The notes beneath the pieces were generated by a model. That model had not been told where the DNA came from. It was given only the letters and a program-made list of their open reading frames with translations, and ran no database searches. From Gemmatimonadota bacterium (GTDB taxonomy: Bacteria > Gemmatimonadota > Gemmatimonadetes > Palauibacterales > Palauibacteraceae), in contig OY762926.1 in the NCBI GenBank assembly GCA_963666735.1, positions 992,001 to 1,056,000 on the forward strand: DNA of 64,000 bases, in the 5' to 3' direction. The translations under genes were made by a program, and so were the position numbers. Of the stretch, positions 9,690-22,545 are shown piece by piece (the first letter of the stretch is position 1; every line of letters starts with the position of its first letter).

Positions 9690-10459
9690 CGCTCCGTCGG
9701 AAACCCATTCCACTCTCGCCCCTCTAGTTCGCGTCCCCCGGATTTTGGTGTGCGCCCGCCCCACTGCTTGAAGAAAAACGGGATTTCGGCCGCCAAGCAC
9801 TCGTCGCGAATCGCCGTCACCCAACGAGGATCTATGGGTCGGTGGCCCGGTCCGCTTTCTCCCCCGACGATGACCCAGTGGATCTCACCCGGACTCCAGA
9901 CGTTGCACAGCCTGAGCGGTCCGATTAGCGGTTCGCAGCTCAGGAAGCGCACCGTCGCGGGGACGGCCTCTAGGTGCCGCACGCGGTATGCCGTCTTCTG
10001 GTTCTCGGTCGATGTGCCGATCCAGATATGCGGAGGAAGCCCCGCTTTCCCGAACAGATCCGTGTTGCGACGGATGAACCGGGCGGCCCGGGCGGGGCGC
10101 TTCGTCAGCACTTGGTATGTATGCCTGTCCACATCCAGCATCACCCGGAACGATTCCCGCACGAACTCATTTGGGACGTGCTTGTGGAACAGGTCCGACA
10201 TCGAATTGACGAAGACCACCCGCGGCTCCCTCCAACGTGCGGGCTGCGCCAGCCGTTCCGGCCAGATTCTGACGGCAAATGGGTCGGCCCGGTTCTCGGG
10301 CGTGTCCACGACCGGGAGGCGGCGTGTGTAGGTCTGGTGAAGGAGCCGACGAGAGAGAGCGTCCGCGTAGCAGTTGTCACAACCCTCGGACACCCGCGTG
10401 CAGCCCGTAGTGGGGTTCCACGTGACCTCTGTCCACTCGATCGATGTGCGCTGGCCCAT
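9680..10459 (-). CDS. Phage Gp37/Gp68 family (DUF5131) three-Cys-motif protein
   Basis: TSIEWTEVTWNPTTGCTRVSEGCDNCYA (Cx6Cx2C), FVNSMSDLFH, QVLTKRP, FLSCEPLIG, WVIVGGESG, FFFKQWGG. Confidence 0.93.
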   Translation of the reverse strand: MGQRTSIEWTEVTWNPTTGCTRVSEGCDNCYADALSRRLLHQTYTRRLPVVDTPENRADPFAVRIWPERLAQPARWREPRVVFVNSMSDLFHKHVPNEFVRESFRVMLDVDRHTYQVLTKRPARAARFIRRNTDLFGKAGLPPHIWIGTSTENQKTAYRVRHLEAVPATVRFLSCEPLIGPLRLCNVWSPGEIHWVIVGGESGPGHRPIDPRWVTAIRDECLAAEIPFFFKQWGGRTPKSGGRELEGREWNGFPTERCQ

Positions 10460-10513
10460 GGATCCATTCCGTCGCAACGATAACCTCTCGGCGTGCTCTC
10501 GCACTGCAAAACC

Positions 10514-10528
10514 GAACACACACCGAAC
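10514..10528 (-). promoter_or_regulatory. Candidate LexA box GTTC-N7-GTTC upstream of DUF5131
   Basis: The + strand reads GAACacacaccGAAC, part of the direct repeat ACCGAACAC x2, about 55 bp upstream of ATG 10459. Confidence 0.4.
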
Positions 10529-10569
10529 ACCTTGTGTACGTGAAGGTATCAACTCCGGCTCCTTCGCGC

Positions 10570-11574
10570 CATCCGCAAGAGATCGAACTCGCGGCCGTGC
10601 GCCCGCCTGCCCGCACGTTGAGTCTTTCTGCCGAGGCGGTGATTGACGGTAACGAGGGGCGGCCGGTTGCCATCGTCTTCGGTCCCGAGAACGGCGCGGT
10701 CTCCGAGGCCATGGTGTTCGAGGCCGCGAAGGAGGCCTCCGCGAAGGAATACAGCCACCTATACGTCATCGGCTTCGCCATCCAGCCGGACGCGCGACGG
10801 CTGGTCGAGGATTGCGAACGGGCGGTCGGAGTCCCTGCGACGTACGCTCAGGCAAGTATGGACCTGATCATGAAGGACCTGCTGAAGAACCTCCGATCAA
10901 GCCAGATCTTCTCGGTGTGCGGTCTACCGGACGTGCGGATCAGGAGGGAAACGAAGAATGGGTACCGGGTCGAACTGCGCGGGCTCGACGTATTTGATCC
11001 CGTGGAGATGAACTCCGATCACCGCGACGGGCAGGATGTTCCCGCTTGGTTCCTGGATACGGACTACAACGGCCTGTGCTTTCATGTCTGCCAAGCGTTT
11101 TTCCCTCGCACATCCGCGTGGGCGGCGCTCAAGAAGTCGTTGCGAGGAGAGTTTGACGAAAGCGTGTGGGCGCATCTCTCAGGCACGGTCAGCACCCTCT
11201 TCGAAGCGGGTGGGCGCGGCCAGATCGCGGTTAAGGTCGTCGACGACCGTGGCAACGACCTGGACAGGCACGACCTCGTCCACTCGTTCGTCAAGAACGC
11301 GGGCCTCGGCTTCTCGATTCCTTATCTGCACAACGGCGAGCACCGAGAATACCTGCCCGGCTTCATCGTTCGACTGGCAGGTTCCGATGAGCGTTACCTG
11401 ATTCTGGAGACCAAGGGCTACGACCCGCTCAAGGAAGTGAAGGAGCAGGCCGCGAACCGCTGGGTTCGAGCGGTCAACGGTACTGCCGCGTTCGGATCGT
11501 GGAGCTACGCGATGGTGTCCGACATGAACATCGTGGCGGACGTCGTTACTCGCGCGGCTGCGGGCTCATCGTAA
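10570..11574 (+). pseudogene. Type III restriction-modification remnant: Mod C-terminus fused in frame to Res C-terminus
   Basis: Mod-type tail (FGPENG, LLKNLRSSQIFSVCGLPD, GLDVFDP, WFLDTDYNG, IAVKVVDDRGN) runs directly into a Res-type tail (SFVKNAGLGFSIPY, YLPGFIVRL, ILETKG, AANRWVRAVN). No DPPY or helicase motifs and no clear start. Confidence 0.7.
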
Positions 11575-11784
11575 ACGCGGCTCCCAGGACGGCGATCAAG
11601 GCGAGAAGCCGAGGCGTTCCCGCTACGCTCCAGTCGAATCGCCAACGTTGGCTCTCCGCTGAGGCACCTCACCTACCGTTGAACGTGTTAGCGTCGCTTA
11701 CACGTCGACACATCGCCCGGTGGGATTAGTCAAGGATCACTTGACAACTCTGTCGTCTTCGGTGTGCTGCCGCACGGTACCGGG

Positions 11785-13625
11785 TCAGCGCTCCTCAAAC
11801 ACGGCGGCGGCGCGGTCGACCTCGTGCCCCGGCGTGCTGACCAGGGCACCCGCGACATGACGCCGCACCGCTTCCAGCACGTCGCGAGCTACGATAACAC
11901 CCTCCCGCGCGGCGGCTTCGGTTCCGCGCTCCTGCGCTCGCGCCATTCGCTCGAGCACCTCGGGCGGCACGTCGACGCCCGGCACCTCATGCGCCAGAAA
12001 CTCGGCGTTCTCCAGCGACAGAGGGGGCCAGAGCCCCGCGAGGATCGGCACGCCGAAGTCTTCGATCTCGCGCGCGAAGGCGAGAAACCTCTCCGCGTCG
12101 AAGATGGACTGGGTGACGGCGAAATCCGCGCCCGCCTCGGCCTTCCAGGCGAAGCGCCGGATCTCCTCCTCCGGGTCGACGGCTCCCGGATTCACGGCAA
12201 CCCCCTTCACGAACGGGGTCGGGGCGCCGATCGAGCTCCCTCCCGGATCGAGCCCGAGGTTCAACTGCCGCACGACGTTGGTGAGTCCGATGCTGTCGAT
12301 GTCGTACACGCCGCCCGTGTCGTAGGGTCCGCCGCGCGGGGGATCGCCGGTGATGAGGAAAACGTTGCGGAGACCGGCCGCGGCGGCGCCGAGGAGGTCG
12401 CTCAGCATGCCGAGCATGTTGCGGTCGCGGCAGCCGTAGTGCGGGACGGTCTCCATGCCGAGTTCGCGTTCGATGACGATCGCGGCGGGGAGCGAGGCGA
12501 TGCGGCTCCTGTGCGCGGGGCCGTCGACGATGTGGACGGTGTGCGCGCCGGCGTCGCGGAGGCGGCCGGCGCCCGCCAGCAGTTCGCCCGGATCCCACCC
12601 GTGGGGCGGCGTCAACTCCACCGCACGGACGAACTCGCCGCGCGCGAGACGGCGGCCGAGGGCCGAGCGGTCGGCGAGCGGAGGCGGCTCGGCCGCCCCC
12701 TGGCCACCCCCGTCGCTCGGGGAGGAGACGGACACGCGAGCCGGCCCGGGTCCGCGGGTCCCCAGCAGCGTCGCGGTCAGGCGCGTGTGTTCGGGCGACG
12801 TGCCGCAGCACCCGCCCACGAAGCGGGCGCCCGCCCCCGCCATCCGCCGGGCGTAGCGGGCCATGTACTCCGGACTCGCGAGGTACATCTTCCGGTCCCC
12901 GATGTCGCGCGGCAGCCCCGCGTTGGGCAAGGCGGACACCGGGCGCGATGTGGCCGCCGCCATGCGTTCCACGCCGAACAGCATGGAGGAGGGACCCACC
13001 GAGCAGTTGAGGCCGATGACGTCCGCTCCGGCCTCCTCCAGCGCCGCCGCCGCGGCTTCGATCGTGGCGCCGTATTCCGTGTGGCCCGCGTCGCCGAACG
13101 TCATCTGCGCGAAGACCGGCGCGACGCCCGCCACCGTCCGCACCGCCCGCACCGCCTGCAGCAGTTCGTCGAGATCGGAGAACGTCTCGAGCATGAAGCC
13201 GTCGACGCCGCCTTCCGCGAGCGCGGCGACCTGCCGCCCGAAGAGGCCGGCCGCCTCGTCCACCGAGGTGGGACCCCACGGTTCGATGCGAATCCCGAGC
13301 GGGCCGATCGCCCCCAATACTTCGGCGCGCTCGCCGGCCGCCTGCCGGGCCAGGCGCGCGGCCGTCACGTTGATCTCGTGCGCGGACGGCTCGAGGCCGA
13401 ACGGTTCCAGTTTGACGGGGTTCGCTCCGAAGGTGTTCGTCTCGATGAGTTGCGCCCCCGCCCGCACGTAGTCGGCGTGGACGCCCAGCACGAGGTCGGG
13501 CTCCGAGAGGTTCAGTTCGTCGTAGCACTGGTTCACGAACACGCCGCTCTCGTACAGCACGGTCCCCATCGCGCCGTCGATCAAGTGGACCTCGTCTCCC
13601 CCGATCCGCTCCCGCAGCCGGTCGC

Positions 13626-13629
<4 letters not shown>
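11785..13629 (-). CDS. yitJ: Bifunctional homocysteine S-methyltransferase / methylenetetrahydrofolate reductase (YitJ-like)
   Basis: [34 protein letters not shown], then the MTHFR domain ([29 protein letters not shown]). ATGA overlap with the metH stop. Confidence 0.9.
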
Positions 13630-17438
<3,809 letters not shown>

Positions 17439-17441
17439 CCC

Positions 17442-17479
17442 AAAAAAAAGGCCCGGCCGCCAAAGAATCGCGCCCGGAG
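17442..17479 (-). terminator. Possible intrinsic terminator/attenuator in the metH leader
   Basis: Imperfect GC stem (CCGGGCGC...GCGGCCGG) followed by a U8 tract (A8 at 17442-17449 on +). Confidence 0.4.
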
Positions 17480-17485
17480 CGTGGC

Positions 17486-17536
17486 TCTTTAGCGATTGTT
17501 TTGCGTGGCTGCAATCCGCCTCAAATCACCACGTCC
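17486..17536 (-). ncRNA. SAM-II (SAM-alpha) riboswitch
   Basis: The minus strand reads CGTGGTGATTTGAGGCGGATTGCAGCCACGCAAAACAATCGCTAAAGA, matching the SAM-II pseudoknot pattern (P1 CGUGGU/GCCACG, UGAUUU, UUGCA, CGCUAAA). It lies directly upstream of metH. Confidence 0.85.
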
Positions 17537-17636
17537 GGATTCCCCGGAAACATCCAAGCTAGTGCCCTTCGAACTCCGGGGAAACTTGGATCGGACTCCA
17601 TTAAACGGTGGGGAGGGAAGACGTGTCTGGCCTTAC

Positions 17637-20432
17637 ATGCAAAACTGGCGTCTGGCGGGCCGCGCGGCGTTCCTCCCCGCGGCTCTCGCAATAAATGGGG
17701 TGGGGTGGGGGCTTTCCGGGCAGGAGACGCTCTCGCCGCCCGAAGGGCCGGAGGCGACCGTCTTCAGGGGCGGCGTGGCGCCGGTGGCCGTGGAGGCCGT
17801 GCGCCGCGAGGGCGCGCTCTCGATCGACGGCCGGCTCGACGACCCGGCCTGGCAGCCGGCTCCCATCATCACCGACTTCGTCCAGGGCGTGCCGCTGGAG
17901 GGCGGGGAGCCATCCCAGCCGACCGAGGTCCGGGTCGTGTTCGACGACGGCGCGATCTACGTCGCCGCCCGCATGTACGAGGACGACCCGGGCGTGATCC
18001 GCGCGCGCCTCACCCGCCGGGATGAACGGGGCTCCTTCGATTCCTTCAAGCTCTCGCTCGATCCCAACCGGGACGGTCTGACCGGCTACGAGTTCGAGGT
18101 CAGCGCCGCTGGCGCGGAGACCGACCGGTACCTGTTCGGCGACACGCAGGAGGACACGAATTGGGACGCGATCTGGGACTCCGGCGTCCAGGTCGACGAT
18201 CAGGGGTGGACGGTCGAGATGCGGATCCCGCTTTCCCAGATCCGTTACGAAGCCCGTCCCGGCCTGCAAACGTGGGGGATCAACTTCGAGCGGCGGCGCC
18301 TCGAGACGAACGAGACCGACTACTTCGCCCTCCAGTCGCGCACGGCCCGGGGGCGGGTCAGCCAGTTCGGCACGATCGACGGACTGCATCTCCCGCAGTC
18401 GAGCCGCAGGTTCGAGGTGCGGCCCTTCGCCGTGTCCCAGTACCACACCGCGCCCGCGACGGCGGGGAACCCCCTGTTCGACGGCAGCGAGATGGAACCC
18501 CGCGGCGGCCTGGACATGAGCATGGGGATCGGCTCCGCATTCAGCCTCGATGCGACGGTCTACCCCGATTTCGGCCAGGTGGAGGTGGACCCCGAGGTCA
18601 TCAACCTCACGGCGTTCGAGACCTTCTTCCCGGAGAAGCGTCCCTTCTTCGTGCGCGACGCGCAGATTTTCACCTTCGCCGGCTCCCGCGGCGGCCGCTT
18701 CGGCGGCGGCAAGGCCCTCTTCTTCAGCCGGCGGATCGGTCGCGAGCCGCGGGGATCCGGGCCCTACGAGGCCGACTACCGCGAGACGCCGCATCTGACC
18801 TCGATCCTCGGAGCCGCGAAGCTGACCGGACGCACGACCGGCGGTCTCTCGGTCGGGGCGTTGGCGGCGGTGACCGGACAGGAGAGCGGGCAGGCATACT
18901 TCGCACCGCACGATTCCCTGGGCCGGTTCGTGGCCGAACCGCAGGCCGAGCATGCGGTGCTGAGGCTGCAACAGGACTTTCGCGGGGGCGCCAGCAAGGT
19001 CGGTGTCATCGGCACCGGGCTGAAGCGGGAACTGCCGGGCGACGGATCGTTCGATTTCCTCCCCTCGGAGGCGTTCAGTTTCGGGCTCGATTTCGAGCAT
19101 CAGTGGGGCGGACGGCGCGGTCGCGACTATCGTCTGTGGGGCTTCTACTCAGGCAGCCTCGTCCAGGGTTCGACCGAGGCGCTCGCGCGGCTGCAGCATA
19201 GTCCGATCCATTATTTCCAGCGTCCGGACGCCACGTATCTCGCGGTCGACTCGACGGCCACGTCGATCTTCGGGAGCGACTGGCGCGTGCAACTCGAGAA
19301 GGAGGGCGAGCACTGGACCTGGGGCACGTGGGCGGGCCAGCAGACCCCCGGCTTCGAGGTCAACGACTTCGGTTTCCTGACCTCCGGTGAGCGGCTCGAC
19401 GTGGGAGCTCGTGTCGGATATCGGGAGATTAGACCGGGCAACCTTTTCCGCAACTACAACATAAGCCTCTTCACCTACCACAACTTCCGTCATTCGCTGC
19501 TGGAGAAGGTGCGGGGTCCGGACCACTTCCGCCGGTCCTACGACACGGGAGCCGCGTGGATGAGCGGAAGGTTCACCTTCCTTAACAACTGGGCCTTCAA
19601 CCTCAATTTCTCGTATTCGCCCGAGTCCCAGTCCGACACGCAGACCCGCGGCGGTCCGCTGATGACCGAACCCGCGGAGTTCAACGTGCGCGTGGACGCG
19701 AACACGGATCGGAGCCGCGCCTTCCACGTGTCGCCGCGTTTCTCGTACCGCGTGGCGGCGCAGGGGCGAGGGCACGACTTCAACACGGGCCTGAACATCT
19801 CCTTCCGGCCGCTCCCGAACTGGCGCTTCTCGCTGGGCCCGAACTACACGGACAGGCGGGATGCGGCGCAGTACGTGACGCGCTCGGACGTGCTGGACTA
19901 CGCACCGACGTACGGCACCCGGTACCTGTTCGGGGATCTCCGCCGGACGGGATTCTCGATGGAGACCCGGCTGAACGTGTCGTTCACGCCCGACCTCAGC
20001 CTCCAGCTCTATGCGCAGCCGCTGCTCTCCGCGGGCGACTACCTCGGCTACCGACAGCTCGAAGCCCCCGGATCGTTCGACTTCGTCGAATACGGCGAGG
20101 GGCGGGCCCATCGCTTCAACGGCGTCGTCACCGGATGCACGGACGGGACGACGTGCGCCTTCGGCGGCTCGCGCTACTTCGACTTCGACGGGGACGGCAC
20201 GCTGGACTACTCCACGCGTGACCGCGACTTCAACATCCGTTCCCTGCGAGGCAACGCGGTGTTCCGCTGGGAATACCGCCCCGGTTCCGAACTCTTTCTC
20301 GTGTGGCAGCACGCGCGCCGCGACAGCGTCCTGCTCGGCAACTTCGACCTCAATCGAGACCTCGAGGGACTGTTCCTCGCGCCCGCCGAGAACGTGTTCA
20401 TCGTGAAGGTGAGCCACTACCTCTCGATCTGA
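17637..20432 (+). CDS. DUF5916 / CBM9-like sugar-binding domain-containing exported or outer-membrane protein
   Basis: IDGRLDDPAW, WTVEMRIPLSQIRY, WGINFER, PDFGQVEVDPEVINLTAFETFFPEKRPFF, FFSRRIG, GAAKLTG, FRWEYRPGSELFLVW. Confidence 0.8.
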   Translation: MQNWRLAGRAAFLPAALAINGVGWGLSGQETLSPPEGPEATVFRGGVAPVAVEAVRREGALSIDGRLDDPAWQPAPIITDFVQGVPLEGGEPSQPTEVRVVFDDGAIYVAARMYEDDPGVIRARLTRRDERGSFDSFKLSLDPNRDGLTGYEFEVSAAGAETDRYLFGDTQEDTNWDAIWDSGVQVDDQGWTVEMRIPLSQIRYEARPGLQTWGINFERRRLETNETDYFALQSRTARGRVSQFGTIDGLHLPQSSRRFEVRPFAVSQYHTAPATAGNPLFDGSEMEPRGGLDMSMGIGSAFSLDATVYPDFGQVEVDPEVINLTAFETFFPEKRPFFVRDAQIFTFAGSRGGRFGGGKALFFSRRIGREPRGSGPYEADYRETPHLTSILGAAKLTGRTTGGLSVGALAAVTGQESGQAYFAPHDSLGRFVAEPQAEHAVLRLQQDFRGGASKVGVIGTGLKRELPGDGSFDFLPSEAFSFGLDFEHQWGGRRGRDYRLWGFYSGSLVQGSTEALARLQHSPIHYFQRPDATYLAVDSTATSIFGSDWRVQLEKEGEHWTWGTWAGQQTPGFEVNDFGFLTSGERLDVGARVGYREIRPGNLFRNYNISLFTYHNFRHSLLEKVRGPDHFRRSYDTGAAWMSGRFTFLNNWAFNLNFSYSPESQSDTQTRGGPLMTEPAEFNVRVDANTDRSRAFHVSPRFSYRVAAQGRGHDFNTGLNISFRPLPNWRFSLGPNYTDRRDAAQYVTRSDVLDYAPTYGTRYLFGDLRRTGFSMETRLNVSFTPDLSLQLYAQPLLSAGDYLGYRQLEAPGSFDFVEYGEGRAHRFNGVVTGCTDGTTCAFGGSRYFDFDGDGTLDYSTRDRDFNIRSLRGNAVFRWEYRPGSELFLVWQHARRDSVLLGNFDLNRDLEGLFLAPAENVFIVKVSHYLSI

Positions 20433-20601
20433 CTCTCCAGCCGACTCTACAGCTGACGGCTCCCGCCCGGCTCGAATTCTGGCGCGACCGGTATCGCAAC
20501 GGCTAACGTCCCGCCTCCCGATGGGGTCTTGCCGCGGGGTCGACGCCGACCCCGCCCACCGCGCGGAGACGAACGCCTTGCCGACGAGCCCTCTGTGCCT
20601 G

Positions 20602-21732
20602 ATGGAAGTCACGCTGCGGGAGATCGAACTCCCGCTCCGGGAGCGGTTCATCATCTCATCCGGCTGGGTCGAGAACCGCCGGATCCTGCTCCTCGAACTG
20701 CGCGACGAGAGCGGGGCCACGGCCTGGTCGGAGTGCGTGTGCGGGGAGCAGCCGAACTATTCTCCCGAGACCGTGGACACCGCGCGGCTGGCGTTGCGGC
20801 GCTGGCTTCTGCCGCGGGTGCTGGGACGGGAACTCGAGGGTCCGGAGGCGGTCAAGCCCCTTCTGGATGAGGGCGTTCAGGGCCACCCGATGGCCAAGGC
20901 CGCGATCGAGATGGGCATCTGGGGACTCGCCGCGGAGACGGCGGGCGTCTCGCTCTCCCGGCTCCTCGGCGGGACTCGGAACCGGGTGGCGACGGGCATC
21001 TCGCTCGGCCTCCAGCCTTCTCCCGCCGCACTCGTCGAAAAGGCGCGGCAGGCGGTCGACCAGGGCTACGGCAAGGTCAAGCTCAAGATCAGCCCGGATA
21101 AGGACATCGAATACGTCGGGGCGGTGCGTGAAGCGCTCGGGCCCGGCCGGGCCCTCGCGGTCGACGCGAACGCCGCGTACACGCTGGAGGACGCGGATCG
21201 CCTCGCGGAACTCGATGCGTTCGGCCTGATCATGATCGAGCAGCCGCTGGCGGCCGGCGACCTCGTGCGCCACGCCCGGCTCCGGGAGCGGCTCGCCACG
21301 CCCATCTGTCTGGACGAGTCGATCGTGGATCCCGCTTCGTGCGAGGACATGCTGGCGCTCGGCAGCGGGCGCATCGTGAACATCAAGCCGGGCCGGGTCG
21401 GCGGATTCCGGAACTCCCGCGAGATCCACGACATTTCGGCCAGGGCCGGGGTTCCGGTCTGGTGCGGCGGCATGCTGGAGAGCGGGATCGGCCGGGCTTA
21501 CAACGTCGCGCTCGCATCGCTGCCGAACTTCAGGCTTCCGGGCGATCTGTCGCCGAGCGCCCGCTACTGGGAACGCGACATCGTCGTCCCCGAGTGGACG
21601 ATGAGCGCGGACGGCTTCGTGACGGTGCCGCGCGACCGGCCGGGCCTGGGCGTGGACGTGGACATCGGGCGCGTGGCGGCGCTCACGCGGCGCAGCGAGA
21701 CGTTCGCCGCCGGCGTCCGCATCCCGGCGTGA
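20602..21732 (+). CDS. menC: o-succinylbenzoate synthase / N-succinylamino acid racemase (enolase superfamily)
   Basis: KVKLKI, VDANAAY, MIEQPL, ICLDES, NIKPGRVGG, WCGGMLESGIGRA, PGDLSPSARYW: NSAR/OSBS subfamily. Start uncertain (20521-20602). Confidence 0.88.
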   Translation: MEVTLREIELPLRERFIISSGWVENRRILLLELRDESGATAWSECVCGEQPNYSPETVDTARLALRRWLLPRVLGRELEGPEAVKPLLDEGVQGHPMAKAAIEMGIWGLAAETAGVSLSRLLGGTRNRVATGISLGLQPSPAALVEKARQAVDQGYGKVKLKISPDKDIEYVGAVREALGPGRALAVDANAAYTLEDADRLAELDAFGLIMIEQPLAAGDLVRHARLRERLATPICLDESIVDPASCEDMLALGSGRIVNIKPGRVGGFRNSREIHDISARAGVPVWCGGMLESGIGRAYNVALASLPNFRLPGDLSPSARYWERDIVVPEWTMSADGFVTVPRDRPGLGVDVDIGRVAALTRRSETFAAGVRIPA

Positions 21733-22541
21733 CGGAGTTCCGCCCGCTCGAGACTCTCGAGGAGTGGCGTGCGTGCGTGCGTCTGCAGGAGACAACATGG
21801 GGAAAGGGGTTCTCCGACATCGTGCCCGCCTCCGTGCTTCAGGTATCGCGGAAGATCGGTGGCTTCGCCGGAGGAGCGTTCGAGGACGGGCACATGATCG
21901 GCTTCGTCTATTCCCTCCTGGGACGGTTCGAGGGCATCCCGTCCCACTGGTCTCACATGCTCGCGGTCGAATCGTCCGCGCGCGGGCGCGGTCTCGGCCG
22001 CGATCTGAAGCTTTTTCAGCGGGAGTCCGTCCGCTCGGACGGCATCCGCACCATCTTCTGGACGTTCGATCCGCTGGTCGCGCGCAACGCACACTTGAAT
22101 CTGAACCGGCTCGGCGCGACGGTGCTGCGCTACGCGCCGAACATGTACGGCTCGGATACGGGGAGCCCCTTGCACGGCGGCGGCGAGACCGACCGGTTCA
22201 TCGTGCGCTGGGATCTCGACGGCCCGGAGACGCGCCGGGCCCTCGATGAGGGATCCCGGCGCTCGGCCCGGCGGCTCCACGCACCGCTTCCGGATCCGGC
22301 GTGCGTCGCAGCCCGGCCGGGAGGGAACGGCGCGGCGGACGGCGGACCGCCCCGGGGGGACGAGGTTTTCGTCGAGATCCCGGCGGACGTCGAATCGCTG
22401 CCCCATGACGGGTCGCTCGTGCGGTGGCGCGAAACGGTGCGGGACGCGTTCCTGGCCTATCTCAGGAGGGGATATGCGGTGGAGAGCCTTGTCAGAAATC
22501 CCTCGGCGAACCGGTGCTTCTATGTCCTGCGCCGGGACTGA
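21729..22541 (+). CDS. GNAT N-acyl (succinyl) transferase
   Basis: SHMLAV...RGRGLGRDLKLFQR, WTFDPLVARNAHLNLNRLGA, Y.PNMYG, TDRF; GTGA overlap with menC. Confidence 0.85.
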   Translation: MTEFRPLETLEEWRACVRLQETTWGKGFSDIVPASVLQVSRKIGGFAGGAFEDGHMIGFVYSLLGRFEGIPSHWSHMLAVESSARGRGLGRDLKLFQRESVRSDGIRTIFWTFDPLVARNAHLNLNRLGATVLRYAPNMYGSDTGSPLHGGGETDRFIVRWDLDGPETRRALDEGSRRSARRLHAPLPDPACVAARPGGNGAADGGPPRGDEVFVEIPADVESLPHDGSLVRWRETVRDAFLAYLRRGYAVESLVRNPSANRCFYVLRRD

Positions 22542-22545
22542 TGCC

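Noticed and set aside
9680..10459. Prophage, suggested by the 'phage Gp37/Gp68' family name
   Set aside because: No structural, terminase or integrase genes nearby; the family is common outside phages.
11640..11745. attC-like site (CGCCAAC...GTTAGCG) and the small inverted repeat GTCAAG-N5-CTTGAC at the island edge
   Set aside because: Too short, the inner boxes do not pair convincingly, and there is no integrase in the window.
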